64,000 bases of DNA from a virus: the IMG/VR virus record IMGVR_UViG_3300027754_000044; one strand, given 5' to 3'. Positions 45,422 through 55,793 of the stretch are shown here, one piece after another. Positions within the stretch are counted from its first letter, which is position 1; each line of letters starts with the position of its first letter. Position numbers and translations under genes: made by a program. The notes under the pieces are model-generated. The model was given only the letters and a program-made list of their open reading frames with translations. It ran no database searches and was not told the origin of the DNA.

Positions 45422-47127
45422 AATGATATCCTAGAAAAGTTTTTATGTTTTTCAAATTTGATCGTGCTTCTAAATTTATCCTGCATGATATCGCCTTTAT
45501 GTGATATCACGAATACATTTGCATCTTCTAAACTGTGGATTAGTTTCAAAAACTCTTCACATCCATTCGCGTCCAACGATGCGTCGAAAACTTCATCCAA
45601 TATAAGGAGATTTGTATTTGCACTATTTTTCATCCTAGCGATTGTTCTCCACGTGAAAAGTAAAGCCAAATCTATTCTCATCTTTTCACCCTCACTGAAT
45701 GAATCGTAAGTGAAGTCGTCTCTATGTCTAGAAAGAATCGTTTCCTCAAAAGATTCGTCTAATTGAAACTTAACAAAGAAATCCATTGCAGCTAGATATT
45801 TGTTAATCAGAGAATTCATAATCGGAATATATTGCTTGATGATTCGTGACTTAATTCCACCATCCCTCAGTATGATGCCAGCTAATTCATACAATTCTTT
45901 TTTATGCAGAAGTAAATCTTTTGTTAATTTTAACTCATCCAATCGCTTTTGGATTTCGTCGATCTCAACATCAGTTTCTGTTTCTTTATCCGCTGTGGTA
46001 TCCGAGATTTGCTTTTGCAAAATAGCAATTTCACGTTGATCCGCGAGAACAGAAGCTGACAAATCATTTGTAATCCTTCGCTCCTTACCTTTGATGTTTC
46101 TATTAATCTCAGATATTTCCTGCTGCCTATTTTGAGTCTCACTGAGTTCTTTTCCAAGAACAATAAGCGCGTCGCTAATCTTATCCAATGTCGATTGCTT
46201 TTCAGAAATTTTAGTGGACTTGATACTCGTGTCGATCGTCTGAGTGCAGGTAGGACAATTATCGTGTTCTTCATAAAATTTTATAGTCTTTTTGGCTTTA
46301 GTTTTGGTAGATTCTAAATCGCTCTCTAATAATTCGATCTTAGATATTCTCTTAATCACTTTGGATTCATCTTGAATACTGATCAATAGCTCATCAATCT
46401 CATTTTGAACTATAGTGATTTCTCCATTCACCCTGTCAACATTTGACTGTAGTTCAGATATTCTATCGATGGCGAGAGCGACAATCTCATTTTTCTTTTC
46501 ACTATTTTTTTTCTTTTGTTTCTCGTGTAGCTCTAATATGTCTGTGGAGTTTTGAATGTCGTTTTTATTCGTTAAGATGTTATCTTTATTACCGGATATC
46601 CTATCCTTCAATAAAACAGACATCGTAGAAAAGATTCGAATGTCTAAAAGATCTTCAATCACTTCTCTGCGAACTCCTGCGGGGAGTTGCATGAATGGAA
46701 CAAAAGATGATGATCCTAAAATTACGATCTGAGTGAACGACTTCATGTTCATTCTCAGAATATTCTTCTCTAGATACTCCTGATAGTCTCTACTAGCAGC
46801 GTCCTGATCTAATAAAGCACCATTCTGATATATTTCAAAAATCGTAGGTTTTATTCCGCGAATAATTTTATATTTCTTGTTGTATATTTCGAATTCAATT
46901 TCAACAACAACATCGCGACCATTTATGGAATTGATGAGCTGATCTTTTTTGATCTTACGAAAAGGCTTACCATAAAGAACGAAACAAAGAGCATCTAGAA
47001 CTGAAGATTTTCCAGCACCATTTTCTCCAACAACTAGAGTATTTGTATTTCTATCTAATAGAATCTCTGTAAAGGCGCTTCCTGTAGACAGTAAATTTTT
47101 CCATCTAACAGATTTAAATTTTAGCAT
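45418..47127 (-). CDS. gp46: Recombination endonuclease ATPase subunit (gp46, SbcC/Rad50-like)
   Basis: GENGAGKS; CPTC zinc hook; FSEGEK; LILDEVFD. Confidence 0.96.
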   Translation of the reverse strand: MLKFKSVRWKNLLSTGSAFTEILLDRNTNTLVVGENGAGKSSVLDALCFVLYGKPFRKIKKDQLINSINGRDVVVEIEFEIYNKKYKIIRGIKPTIFEIYQNGALLDQDAASRDYQEYLEKNILRMNMKSFTQIVILGSSSFVPFMQLPAGVRREVIEDLLDIRIFSTMSVLLKDRISGNKDNILTNKNDIQNSTDILELHEKQKKKNSEKKNEIVALAIDRISELQSNVDRVNGEITIVQNEIDELLISIQDESKVIKRISKIELLESDLESTKTKAKKTIKFYEEHDNCPTCTQTIDTSIKSTKISEKQSTLDKISDALIVLGKELSETQNRQQEISEINRNIKGKERRITNDLSASVLADQREIAILQKQISDTTADKETETDVEIDEIQKRLDELKLTKDLLLHKKELYELAGIILRDGGIKSRIIKQYIPIMNSLINKYLAAMDFFVKFQLDESFEETILSRHRDDFTYDSFSEGEKMRIDLALLFTWRTIARMKNSANTNLLILDEVFDASLDANGCEEFLKLIHSLEDANVFVISHKGDIMQDKFRSTIKFEKHKNFSRISL

Positions 47128-48191
47128 TCATCCAGTTCCATAGATAAAGACTCAGTATATAACGAATGCATTAATTTGTCAAGGTCTTTTTTATCAACAT
47201 TGGTTTCTAAGTTTCCAACATATTTGGACAAAATTGTTAAAGTGTCTTCAGCTTCGTTGGCTAAGTCATTTGTGTCGATGTCGTTCATATTTCTGTGATC
47301 GTCAACAATCGTAACATCTGACGGAGATGCTTCGTAAATTTTATTTACAAACAAGTCAAACCAATAAGGATTGGTTTTATTCTGAACAATGACTTTCACG
47401 TATGAAGATTTCAAATGATCAAAATTTTGGCTTAGAAGTTTATCTAGCGTCTGTTCAGCGTCGTCATACCAAACTTTATAAAACATCTTATTCGTGTTTT
47501 CAATAAATTCTAGTTCTCTAGTTTCAGTATCCCATATATGAAACCCGCGAGGATCTCCATGATCTGACCAAGTTATTTCATAAGGAGTTCCTACATATTT
47601 GATGTTTCCACTTTCTGATTTTCTATGAAAGTGTCCAGAAAACACAGTATCAAATTTATCAAATTTAGAAACATCAAATCCGTCATGAGAAGGCATTCCC
47701 CTATACATCTCAAAGCCCTTTATTTCTAAATGACCAAATAAAATTTGAGCCTTAGTTGTCTTCATTATATCCATGCATTCTTCATAGTTAGAACTATTAA
47801 TCCATGGCATCATTAATACTTTACAACCATCAATTTCTATTTCTTTAGGATCAGCATAAGAATTAAGAGAGGTGTGTTCAGAAAATAATTCATTCATCGA
47901 ATTTATAGAATTCGTGTTCCTAAACGGAACGTCATGGTTTCCAATAAGAACGTGTAGGGTAATATTGTTGTCTCTGTGTTTATCAATAAACGATTTGAGT
48001 TTATTCAGAGTCAAATAATTGATGAACTTTCTACGATCAACGATATCTCCAAGCTGAATAACTTCACTAATCCCGCGTTTCTCTAATTCTGGAAAATAAA
48101 TTTCCTCAAAAAATTTGTCGAAATAAGAAAGAAATTCTTGACTATCGTTCCTTGCGCCAAAGTGTAAATCTCCAAGTATGGCTATTTTCAT
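47121..48191 (-). CDS. gp47: Recombination endonuclease nuclease subunit (gp47, SbcD/Mre11-like)
   Basis: GDLHFG, LGDIVD, GNHD, SGHFH. Confidence 0.95.
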   Translation of the reverse strand: MKIAILGDLHFGARNDSQEFLSYFDKFFEEIYFPELEKRGISEVIQLGDIVDRRKFINYLTLNKLKSFIDKHRDNNITLHVLIGNHDVPFRNTNSINSMNELFSEHTSLNSYADPKEIEIDGCKVLMMPWINSSNYEECMDIMKTTKAQILFGHLEIKGFEMYRGMPSHDGFDVSKFDKFDTVFSGHFHRKSESGNIKYVGTPYEITWSDHGDPRGFHIWDTETRELEFIENTNKMFYKVWYDDAEQTLDKLLSQNFDHLKSSYVKVIVQNKTNPYWFDLFVNKIYEASPSDVTIVDDHRNMNDIDTNDLANEAEDTLTILSKYVGNLETNVDKKDLDKLMHSLYTESLSMELDEC

Positions 48192-48769
48192 GTAGCGGCT
48201 TTCTGTTTATTTTTCTTTTTCTTAATCAGAGCCTTTTTCTCGAAGTCGTCCATGAACGTATCCATCTGTTCTTGAGACCATTCGCCATATTGTATCTTAT
48301 CATTATAGTCATGTCCACGGTCATGATCCTGAAGTTGTGAAGTTTCATGGACCATATTTGCCCGTCCTATAGCTGCATATTTTGTATACAGATATTTTTT
48401 CTCTTTCATGATCCTACGAATGAATGCGAAGTAAATTATCTGAGTAAAATATGCAAATGGATTTTTGGATTTGGCTGGATCAAAATTACTAATGTATTGT
48501 AGACAATTTTCTACACCATCAGAAATCATTTCTTCTCTAAATGTGTAATTAGAAAAGTTAGGCTTGTATGCTAAGTGAGTGGAAATTTTCATAATACACT
48601 CTCCAATGTAATTGGATATTCTTGCAGGAGGAGCATTCGCAGAAACACTTTCGTTATATTTCGCTTTATATTCTATCATCGCTTGATACAACTTAGCATT
48701 GTCGACGTAATGGGGTCTCATTTTAGCAGAGATCGCTTTAGTAGTGACCTCTTTGGCGGTGATCGTCAT
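48188..48769 (-). CDS. gp55: Late transcription sigma factor (gp55)
   Basis: HYVDN, PNFSNYTFREEMISDG, NPFAYFTQI.YFAFIRRI. Confidence 0.96.
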   Translation of the reverse strand: MTITAKEVTTKAISAKMRPHYVDNAKLYQAMIEYKAKYNESVSANAPPARISNYIGECIMKISTHLAYKPNFSNYTFREEMISDGVENCLQYISNFDPAKSKNPFAYFTQIIYFAFIRRIMKEKKYLYTKYAAIGRANMVHETSQLQDHDRGHDYNDKIQYGEWSQEQMDTFMDDFEKKALIKKKKNKQKAAT

Positions 48770-48780
48770 AATATATTTCC

Positions 48781-49164
48781 TTAGTGAATGAGATCGTTTA
48801 TTGTATTAGCGTTAAGAAGATTATTTAAATCAGGATTTTTTTCGATGGCTTCATACAAATCCTGTATATTTTTTAGCACATCTATCTTGGAAGATTTTAT
48901 ACGATTTTCATATGTCGTTTTCATCTTTTCTGGCGCTTGAGAAAAAGTTATTATGTTAAATTTGTAAATTTGAAATATAGATTCCATAAGCTCTTCGAGT
49001 GGAACCCACGGGATCATTGCTGTACCAATAATATTCGTTGCTGGATCTCGTGTATACATAAACCTAAATGGGCAAGTTATAAAATAACATTCATCATCTT
49101 CGTCCAAAACTGTAGCAATAATATCTTCGCCATTGCTAACTTTAACATATACAATATCACTCAT
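48781..49164 (-). CDS. Conserved hypothetical protein between uvsW and gp55
   Basis: VKVSNGEDII..PW pattern; synteny. Confidence 0.65.
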   Translation of the reverse strand: MSDIVYVKVSNGEDIIATVLDEDDECYFITCPFRFMYTRDPATNIIGTAMIPWVPLEELMESIFQIYKFNIITFSQAPEKMKTTYENRIKSSKIDVLKNIQDLYEAIEKNPDLNNLLNANTINDLIH

Positions 49165-50608
49165 TGGAATCCTTTAGTTTAATAGTGTAAATTTGATACG
49201 GGAAGGATTCTTCATTATACATCCTAACGCGTTCTATAAGATGACTTAATGTGAAGTTCTTATTCTTTTTCAAAGATAGATCATCTGCGATGTCGAATAG
49301 TTTGCAAGAAACTTTCGTATCACTAACTCTAAGCCCACGACCAATTGACTGCAAAGTTCTAATCCTACTCTTGGTGGGACTTGCAAATATAATATTATGA
49401 AGATTTTTAATATTTATACCTGTTGAAAATGTTCCAAACGAAGCTACGATTATGCTATCGCTCGAACGTTCTACCAAACCACGAATATTTTCTCTTTCAT
49501 CTCCATCAACATCTCCACTAACAAAATAGCAAGAATGTGTAGGATCATTTTTCTCACGTATCATGTCATATAGTATTTGACCGTGTTTTTCAACAAACGT
49601 ATAGAGTAATAATGTATTTCCTTTTAACGACAGAGCAAGATTCGTTATAAACTTATTCCTAGCAGAATTAGAAATAATGTATTCGATCTCTTCCGGATAT
49701 GTTCTATCTGCTGCATTTTGTTTTGGATGTTTCAGTATGATAATTTTAATATCGATAGAAGCGAGTTTACCAGAATCAATGAGCTCACTTGTCTGGATTA
49801 TTCTTTCTATTTTTCCAAATAAACCAAGCAACACTAATTCGTGAACCTGAGCGCCATCTAGAGTTCCAGTCATGCCAAATCTATACTGGGTATTGATCAT
49901 CTTACCCATAATACCAGTCAAGCTCTTTGCTTTAAAATTATGCGCTTCATCACCAATGACAACTTGAAAGTCCGAAAAGAATTCCTGTGGCATATTATAC
50001 ATCGACTGCCAAGTGGAGATCGTAATCTTTCCAGTTGTTTCTTTTTCAATGCCGGAAACAACTTGATGTATAGGTTCTTTATAACCATACGAAATAAAAT
50101 CTTTTGCTAATTGAGCGACAAGAGATATCGTCGGGACTACGATTAGCGTCTTTACATTATACCATCTAACTATCAAGTATGCTATTAATGATTTTCCACT
50201 AGCTGTCGGAGAAATTAAAACTGATCTTTTATTTCTTACTGCTAAGGTAAATGCTCTGATTTGATGTTCGTGAGGAACGACTGGCAATTTCAATGAGCTT
50301 ATAAATTCATTCGCTTCTGTTAAAGATATCTCATCATTGCATTGTAAATCTTCGTGCGCTTCATAACTATATGATCGCTCATTTGCAAATTCTTCAATCG
50401 CAGAATGAAGTCCAGCAAATGTGGTATTATTTCTAGAGTCAATCAAACGCATTTTTCCATCCCAATGACGACTCTTATAGGATGGCATGAATTTTGCACC
50501 AGGAACATCGAATGTGAATCTTTCTGAGATCTCCCTCAGTATTCCTTGATTTGTTTCTATTTTGATCCTAGATTCATTGATCTTGTGGATTATTATATCA
50601 GATGACAA
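49157..50608 (-). CDS. uvsW: SF2 DNA helicase UvsW
   Basis: SPTASGKS, GDEAH, GMTGT, QSIGRGLR. Confidence 0.95.
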   Translation of the reverse strand: MSSDIIIHKINESRIKIETNQGILREISERFTFDVPGAKFMPSYKSRHWDGKMRLIDSRNNTTFAGLHSAIEEFANERSYSYEAHEDLQCNDEISLTEANEFISSLKLPVVPHEHQIRAFTLAVRNKRSVLISPTASGKSLIAYLIVRWYNVKTLIVVPTISLVAQLAKDFISYGYKEPIHQVVSGIEKETTGKITISTWQSMYNMPQEFFSDFQVVIGDEAHNFKAKSLTGIMGKMINTQYRFGMTGTLDGAQVHELVLLGLFGKIERIIQTSELIDSGKLASIDIKIIILKHPKQNAADRTYPEEIEYIISNSARNKFITNLALSLKGNTLLLYTFVEKHGQILYDMIREKNDPTHSCYFVSGDVDGDERENIRGLVERSSDSIIVASFGTFSTGINIKNLHNIIFASPTKSRIRTLQSIGRGLRVSDTKVSCKLFDIADDLSLKKNKNFTLSHLIERVRMYNEESFPYQIYTIKLKDSNE

Positions 50609-50610
50609 AT

Positions 50611-51045
50611 TTATGCACCAAGGGTTAACCGACGCCAGTCGATTGCATTTTTAATTTGATAACCTCTAGAATTAATAGATTTCATAATTTCCTCTAGCGC
50701 CAAAACTTTTACTTCGAGAAGGGATATCTTAGCGTCAATAGAAATTATCGACTCATCTAATTCTACATTAATCATAATCTCATTCTTAAGAGTTTTTCCT
50801 AAGAATTGTTCTCGACCAAGATCAGCTAATTCTTGCTGAGTTGCAGATCCAGAATAGTAATTTCGCAATCTTGAAATGATTTGTTTTTTCTGACTCTGAT
50901 ATCCACGAAGGAGTCTTCGATCATTAGACAGTAATGTTATATACTTCGCATGCAAATTTGGTATGCGAACGGACTCCTTGTCTAGATTCAAGTCATCTAG
51001 CTCGGTATCGTTTTTCCACTCAGTTAGAATTTCATCAATTTTCAT
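50611..51045 (-). CDS. uvsY: Recombination mediator UvsY
   Basis: IPNLHAKY ... RGYQIKNAIDW; synteny with uvsW. Confidence 0.88.
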   Translation of the reverse strand: MKIDEILTEWKNDTELDDLNLDKESVRIPNLHAKYITLLSNDRRLLRGYQSQKKQIISRLRNYYSGSATQQELADLGREQFLGKTLKNEIMINVELDESIISIDAKISLLEVKVLALEEIMKSINSRGYQIKNAIDWRRLTLGA

Positions 51046-51052
51046 AAGCACC

Positions 51053-51081
51053 ATTATATAATAAATTACGAAGAAAGTAAA
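51053..51081 (-). promoter_or_regulatory. Sigma70-type promoter for uvsY-uvsW
   Basis: TTTACT-N17-TATAAT. Confidence 0.55.
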
Positions 51082-51107
51082 GACTTATTTTTGGCTAGAG
51101 ACAACCC

Positions 51108-51136
51108 TTGACAATTAGGTCGATTTATAACATAAT
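51108..51136 (+). promoter_or_regulatory. Divergent plus-strand sigma70-type promoter facing the late genes
   Basis: TTGACA-N17-CATAAT. Confidence 0.5.
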
Positions 51137-51161
51137 ACAGGTGTTCCGAAGGGTCATCATA

Positions 51162-51704
51162 TTAGGCGATCCTCTCTATGGCGTAACGTCTGTATCTAAA
51201 AGTAGCAGTGGCTTCAAGATAATCAATATCAGACGAAGTCGTATCAAAAGCCAACTCTGTTAAGTCCGTAGGAAACATATCATAGAAAAATATATTAATC
51301 GATGGATTTCTATTACTCGTCTGAATATTTAGTGTGCCGTCTGAAACGAAAGATGCCGCACTTCCTAAACGACGAATAGGCCCAGGCATATTTTCAGACA
51401 GCTGTCTTGTTTGATCTAATGAGTTTGGGTGACCTAAGCCTATCATCCAATCATGAATTTCGATGTAGTTTTTAAAATCTTCATCTACTCTAAATGAAAT
51501 TGGAATCGTAGCATAAGTCAATTTATCGCCAGCCCTAGGAAGAACACCAAAGGGAGTTTGTGTTTCCACTACGCTGAGTGAAATACTAGGTAGAGAAACT
51601 TTCTGACAAAAATAATTTACGTTAGGTAGTTTCTTTAATGAAAAGCGAAATCCTAACTGCGATAAATAATTTAAATTCGTTGGCTGATTATCAGAAATAC
51701 TCAT
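51162..51704 (-). CDS. gp3: Tail completion / tube terminator protein (gp3-like)
   Basis: NYLS..GFRF..KKLP.VNYFCQ.V.LP; F.VDEDFKNY.EI.DW; FPTDL; synteny gp23-gp3-uvsY. Confidence 0.85.
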   Translation of the reverse strand: MSISDNQPTNLNYLSQLGFRFSLKKLPNVNYFCQKVSLPSISLSVVETQTPFGVLPRAGDKLTYATIPISFRVDEDFKNYIEIHDWMIGLGHPNSLDQTRQLSENMPGPIRRLGSAASFVSDGTLNIQTSNRNPSINIFFYDMFPTDLTELAFDTTSSDIDYLEATATFRYRRYAIERIA

Positions 51705-51731
51705 AGTTTATTTTTCCGTTCAAAACTATAT

Positions 51732-52118
51732 TTAGTATTTTTTAACAACCCTTTTTCTACGAACTTTAGGTGCTGCAGGTTTCATTGCTTCGTCTAGATT
51801 ATTTATTGCAGTCGCAACTTGAATTACGTCTAGCTTATTTTGTTCAACTTTGATAAAAACTCTAGCAAACATACCCAATACGCTCCAAGCACAAAATCCA
51901 ATTATTGCGCCTGATATAGCATGATACTCAACTGCGTCTGACCAATTCATAGTGTCGATCATGAGAGTTGATCCTATGATTGCAGCTCCTGTGGATATTC
52001 CACCTCTAATGGTAGCATCTAATAATGTTGAAGGTTTCATGAACGCCATGACTGATAATCCTCCGAAAAGCCCGCCAGCTGCTGCGGCTAGTTTAGCACC
52101 AATAAAAGTCATGGACAT
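51732..52118 (-). CDS. Three-TM membrane protein (holin-like candidate)
   Basis: Three hydrophobic Gly/Ala-rich helices and a basic C terminus. Confidence 0.5.
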   Translation of the reverse strand: MSMTFIGAKLAAAAGGLFGGLSVMAFMKPSTLLDATIRGGISTGAAIIGSTLMIDTMNWSDAVEYHAISGAIIGFCAWSVLGMFARVFIKVEQNKLDVIQVATAINNLDEAMKPAAPKVRRKRVVKKY

Positions 52119-52186
52119 AGGATTCCTTAAAAAAATGGGAGCTTTTACACCCCCATTAAGTATACCACAATTATAGTTATAAATTC

Positions 52187-52222
52187 AAAAAAAACCCCAG
52201 AATCTCTTCCAGGGCCTTTTTT
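52187..52222 (-). terminator. Rho-independent terminator after the major capsid gene
   Basis: GGCCCTGGAA-GAGA-TTCTGGGG followed by a T run. Confidence 0.7.
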
Positions 52223-52246
52223 ATCTTGCAGTAAGACTTTTCAGAA

Positions 52247-53632
52247 TTACATCAAGTTTGTTACAGCGACAAAGCGATAGTATTTATTGCCATCGCCGCT
52301 GCCTAGACGGGCAGGAATACCATTCGCATCATTTGTTGCGAACGGATTAGCAACCATACCATAACGTGTTTTGAAGCCAATCTTTGGTTGGAATGTATCT
52401 TGACCAACCGCACGAACCATTTGGAGGGGAACGTATGGGCAGTAGAACAGACCAGCATCGAACGCTGAACTTCCTTTGTAACCGAGCGTGAAGTATTGCT
52501 TGCCGGTTGACGAAGAGAAATATGGATCGATGTAAACTTTGATACGACCGTTCAATGTTCCAGCAAAAGTGCTTCCAGTGTCATCAACTTGAAGATTTAC
52601 AGCCATCGCTGGAGTGTAATCAAGAACACCAGCCATTTGAAGAGCAGAAGCAACATCAGATGAACAAATCATGATGTTAGCTTTGCCACGACGTGTAGCT
52701 TTTGCAATCTGGTTCGCATCACGTTCGATTTGGAACAGAAGACCCTTGAACTTCTCAACCATCCAACGACCGTTTGAATCGGTATCAAGATTGAACGTTC
52801 CAGCAGTTGTTACGTTTTCTTGTGCACCAGCAGTGGCTGAGTAATTGATTGTGCGGATAACTTCACGGTTAATTTCAGCAAGAACTTCAGCCGAAAGAAT
52901 ATTTGAAAGTTCTGTTTCTGCATCAAGACCATGAACAGCTTTTAGATCCTGTGCAAGTTCCATTGTGTATTCAGCTTTTAGAGCACGGCTAACTGCAGTG
53001 ACGGCAATCTTTTCGATCGAGAATGCCATTTCTTGGAATTGATGATTAGCACCATATCCGAGAGATTCAGCAGAAGTCGTTGTCATACCTGTCTCAACGG
53101 TGTATCCTGATCCTGAAGCGCGGGCTGTAGGATCATTACCTGTTTGACCAGTTCCACCAGATGCGTTAGCAGCTTGGATAGAAGCAGTGTTACCAGCAGC
53201 TGAACCAGAGAACGTAGTATTGGCTTCGTTGAACAGAGCTTCTGTGCCAGTCTGATTGGTAAAGCGTGAACGCATTGCAAAAATCAAACCAGTAGGACCA
53301 GTCATTGGCTGAACGCCGCAGATGTCATAAGCGATTAGATTAGGCATTGAACGACGAACCAGCGAGATCAGAACTGGATCGAAAGTATCGATCGCGCCTG
53401 CTGAAGCTGTTGAGCTTGAAGCGCCCATTGCGTTAGTTGGTGAAGCAATTGCCTCGCCTAGTAGTGATGTACCACGATAGCCGCCTGAACCATAACCGTC
53501 TTCGCGTGACGACTTTTCTTGATTTTCAAGAAGAGTGGCCATTACGTTTCTGCGATGTGAATCGCGAATTGCTGGAAGGTCTGGGTGCTCTAGAACTGGC
53601 AGCCATTTTTGAATAAGATGTTCTGAACTCAT
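52247..53632 (-). CDS. gp23: Major capsid protein (gp23)
   Basis: DPVLISLVRRSMPNLIAYDICGVQPMTGPTGLIFAMR; SRALKAEYT.ELAQDLKAVHGLDAE; FQPKIGFKTRYG. Confidence 0.99.
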   Translation of the reverse strand: MSSEHLIQKWLPVLEHPDLPAIRDSHRRNVMATLLENQEKSSREDGYGSGGYRGTSLLGEAIASPTNAMGASSSTASAGAIDTFDPVLISLVRRSMPNLIAYDICGVQPMTGPTGLIFAMRSRFTNQTGTEALFNEANTTFSGSAAGNTASIQAANASGGTGQTGNDPTARASGSGYTVETGMTTTSAESLGYGANHQFQEMAFSIEKIAVTAVSRALKAEYTMELAQDLKAVHGLDAETELSNILSAEVLAEINREVIRTINYSATAGAQENVTTAGTFNLDTDSNGRWMVEKFKGLLFQIERDANQIAKATRRGKANIMICSSDVASALQMAGVLDYTPAMAVNLQVDDTGSTFAGTLNGRIKVYIDPYFSSSTGKQYFTLGYKGSSAFDAGLFYCPYVPLQMVRAVGQDTFQPKIGFKTRYGMVANPFATNDANGIPARLGSGDGNKYYRFVAVTNLM

Positions 53633-53671
53633 AATTTCTCCTTTTTTTCTTGGGAAAGTTTCTTCATTAAT

Positions 53672-53679
53672 TATTTATA
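53672..53679 (-). promoter_or_regulatory. T4-type late promoter for gp23
   Basis: TATAAATA. Confidence 0.8.
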
Positions 53680-53684
53680 AAAAG

Positions 53685-55070
53685 TTATTTCTTAACTGAG
53701 CGGCTAATTGCTGCAGAGTATACTTGCATGCTTGGATCTAGTTTCTTTTCCGATGTCTCATTTGTTTCGATAAATTCTTCATCAAGTGTAGTTCTGCTTT
53801 CTGTTACTTCTTCGCTACGGCTCTCGAAAAAACTAGTGCGAATCGTTTCGAGTTTTTGTTTGTAGCTTTCTGCATCTTCATAATCAACTGCTTCAGCAAG
53901 AGATTCAAATTTTGCAATTTGCATCTCGGTGAGACCTTCGGAAACATCTACGAAAGCAATTTCACGCTCAAACTTTTCTACTTGTTTCTTGAGTTCAATA
54001 TTTTTTTGCATTTGTTCGTCAAGAGTAGCTGTGAGCTGCTCAACTTCACTAGCAAGCTCTTCAACAACTTCAACTTTTTCTTCTGGGATATCAATCCAGT
54101 TTTCTGCGAATAGATTGCGAAGACCGCTGAGGAAATTCTCTGTAACTTCTGAACGAAGACCAGATTCAACAGCTAGTTTATTTTCTTGCATCCACTGCTC
54201 AACAACATAATCAAGATACTCGTCGATCTTTGTTGTTAGACCTTCTTCAATTCTTTGCATTTCTTCAGCATGTTCTTCTTCAGCTTGCTCAGCGATTTCT
54301 GCGAGCTTCATATTAACTGCTGATACAACAGCTGTTTCGAAGATTTCAGTGGCTTGCGCTTTGAATTCTTCTGAAAGATCTGAACCAGAAAAAGCTGCGG
54401 CGATATCTTCACTAACATCGATATCATCGCGAGAAATTTTTGTAACTGATTCTTCTTTCTTGAGAGATCTCATTTTTAATTTCTTTCTCATGATTTTATG
54501 ATCAGATGCAGCCATCGCGTTGAGGGCGGATTGATGTTTTTCTAGAGCAGCCTTATGAAATTTTCCTTCGGGTGTATTCAACTTCCCCTGTGTACCTAAA
54601 GTTCGCAGAGTTTTCCGATGATGATCTGCTTCTTTATAGTGGTGCATATCAATAGCGGCGAGGCGCCCCTCAAATTCCGGATTATCTGAATTATAATTTG
54701 CTTCATCCATCATTTCGTATTCTTCTTTCTTCATTTTCTTTTTCATCATTTTAGCGATGAGAGCTTTGTCTTCTTTTTCGTCCTCATGACCTTCATCATA
54801 TTTTTCATCCAATTCAGCTTCATCCATCGAAGCTAATTGCTGCTCTACATCTTCTTTCTTCATCTTAGAAAGTTTCGACATAACAGCATTGATCATGCTA
54901 ATTTTGGTTTTTGAACCAGATGATCCTTGCGGAATTGACTCCGGAGATTCATCACCATTGCTTTGAACTTTACCTGGTGCTGCAGCATTTTTACTGACAG
55001 CATCAGCAACCTCTGCGTTAACTCCAAAAGAGGACTTAACTTCTTTAATTTCTTGATTTTGAATCGTCAT
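53685..55070 (-). CDS. gp22: Prohead scaffold protein (gp22), with an extra internal module
   Basis: LSEEFK..A..IFE.AV; IDEYLDYVVEQWM.ENKLAVESGLR.E; synteny. Confidence 0.9.
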   Translation of the reverse strand: MTIQNQEIKEVKSSFGVNAEVADAVSKNAAAPGKVQSNGDESPESIPQGSSGSKTKISMINAVMSKLSKMKKEDVEQQLASMDEAELDEKYDEGHEDEKEDKALIAKMMKKKMKKEEYEMMDEANYNSDNPEFEGRLAAIDMHHYKEADHHRKTLRTLGTQGKLNTPEGKFHKAALEKHQSALNAMAASDHKIMRKKLKMRSLKKEESVTKISRDDIDVSEDIAAAFSGSDLSEEFKAQATEIFETAVVSAVNMKLAEIAEQAEEEHAEEMQRIEEGLTTKIDEYLDYVVEQWMQENKLAVESGLRSEVTENFLSGLRNLFAENWIDIPEEKVEVVEELASEVEQLTATLDEQMQKNIELKKQVEKFEREIAFVDVSEGLTEMQIAKFESLAEAVDYEDAESYKQKLETIRTSFFESRSEEVTESRTTLDEEFIETNETSEKKLDPSMQVYSAAISRSVKK

Positions 55071-55104
55071 AGATTTCTCCTCACTTATTTTTGGATTCTA
55101 TCTT

Positions 55105-55112
55105 TATTTATA
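55105..55112 (-). promoter_or_regulatory. T4-type late promoter for gp22
   Basis: TATAAATA. Confidence 0.75.
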
Positions 55113-55124
55113 AAAACTCTAAGG

Positions 55125-55793
55125 CTAACGTCCTGAAAGTTTTTTCATAAAGTTAGAAAATACTTGAATAGAAGCAGCTTCTGTTTGTCTACGTGCAGCA
55201 GCTTCATTTACAGTTCTTTTCATTCTATCAATTTCATTCTCTTTAATGATACCATTCTCCCAAATCCATTCTTTCCCTTCCATAATACCATGGACGAAAG
55301 CGTCATGAGCTGAAGGATCAGCAACTATATCTGCTGGAGTAGCCAAATGGAAATCGCTTTGAACTTCCTTAACGCCTCTCAGTGTAGCATGTTCTTTCAA
55401 CGATCCTAAACCCCGAGTAGAAACGCCCAATCTTGCACCATCAGCCATCAAATTAGCTGCAATATTTCCATATGGAGTATTTGAAATTTTGGCGCGACCG
55501 ATGAAATTATCGCCCTCGCGCTTCAAACTCTTAATCATGTGCGATACACGCTCTAGGTTGATATTTGGTCCAGAAGGATGTCCTAGTTCTCCATAGGCAC
55601 GATTCTGATCTATGTAATCTTTAGTATATCTATCAGCTTCGCGCTGCAGAGTTTCTGTTGAATAGATTCTTTTGTTTTTATTTTCTTTATTACCTTGCAT
55701 GAAAACGCCTTCAATGAACCAACTCTTACCACCTTGATCGTTGGCTTCAGAAATAATTCTTACGTCTTCATTTATTTCAGTCATTAGTAACAT
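55125..55793 (-). CDS. gp21: Prohead maturation protease (gp21)
   Basis: IEGVFMQ, RAYGELGHP, LGVSTRGLGSL, ADIVADPSA.DAFV. Confidence 0.96.
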   Translation of the reverse strand: MLLMTEINEDVRIISEANDQGGKSWFIEGVFMQGNKENKNKRIYSTETLQREADRYTKDYIDQNRAYGELGHPSGPNINLERVSHMIKSLKREGDNFIGRAKISNTPYGNIAANLMADGARLGVSTRGLGSLKEHATLRGVKEVQSDFHLATPADIVADPSAHDAFVHGIMEGKEWIWENGIIKENEIDRMKRTVNEAAARRQTEAASIQVFSNFMKKLSGR

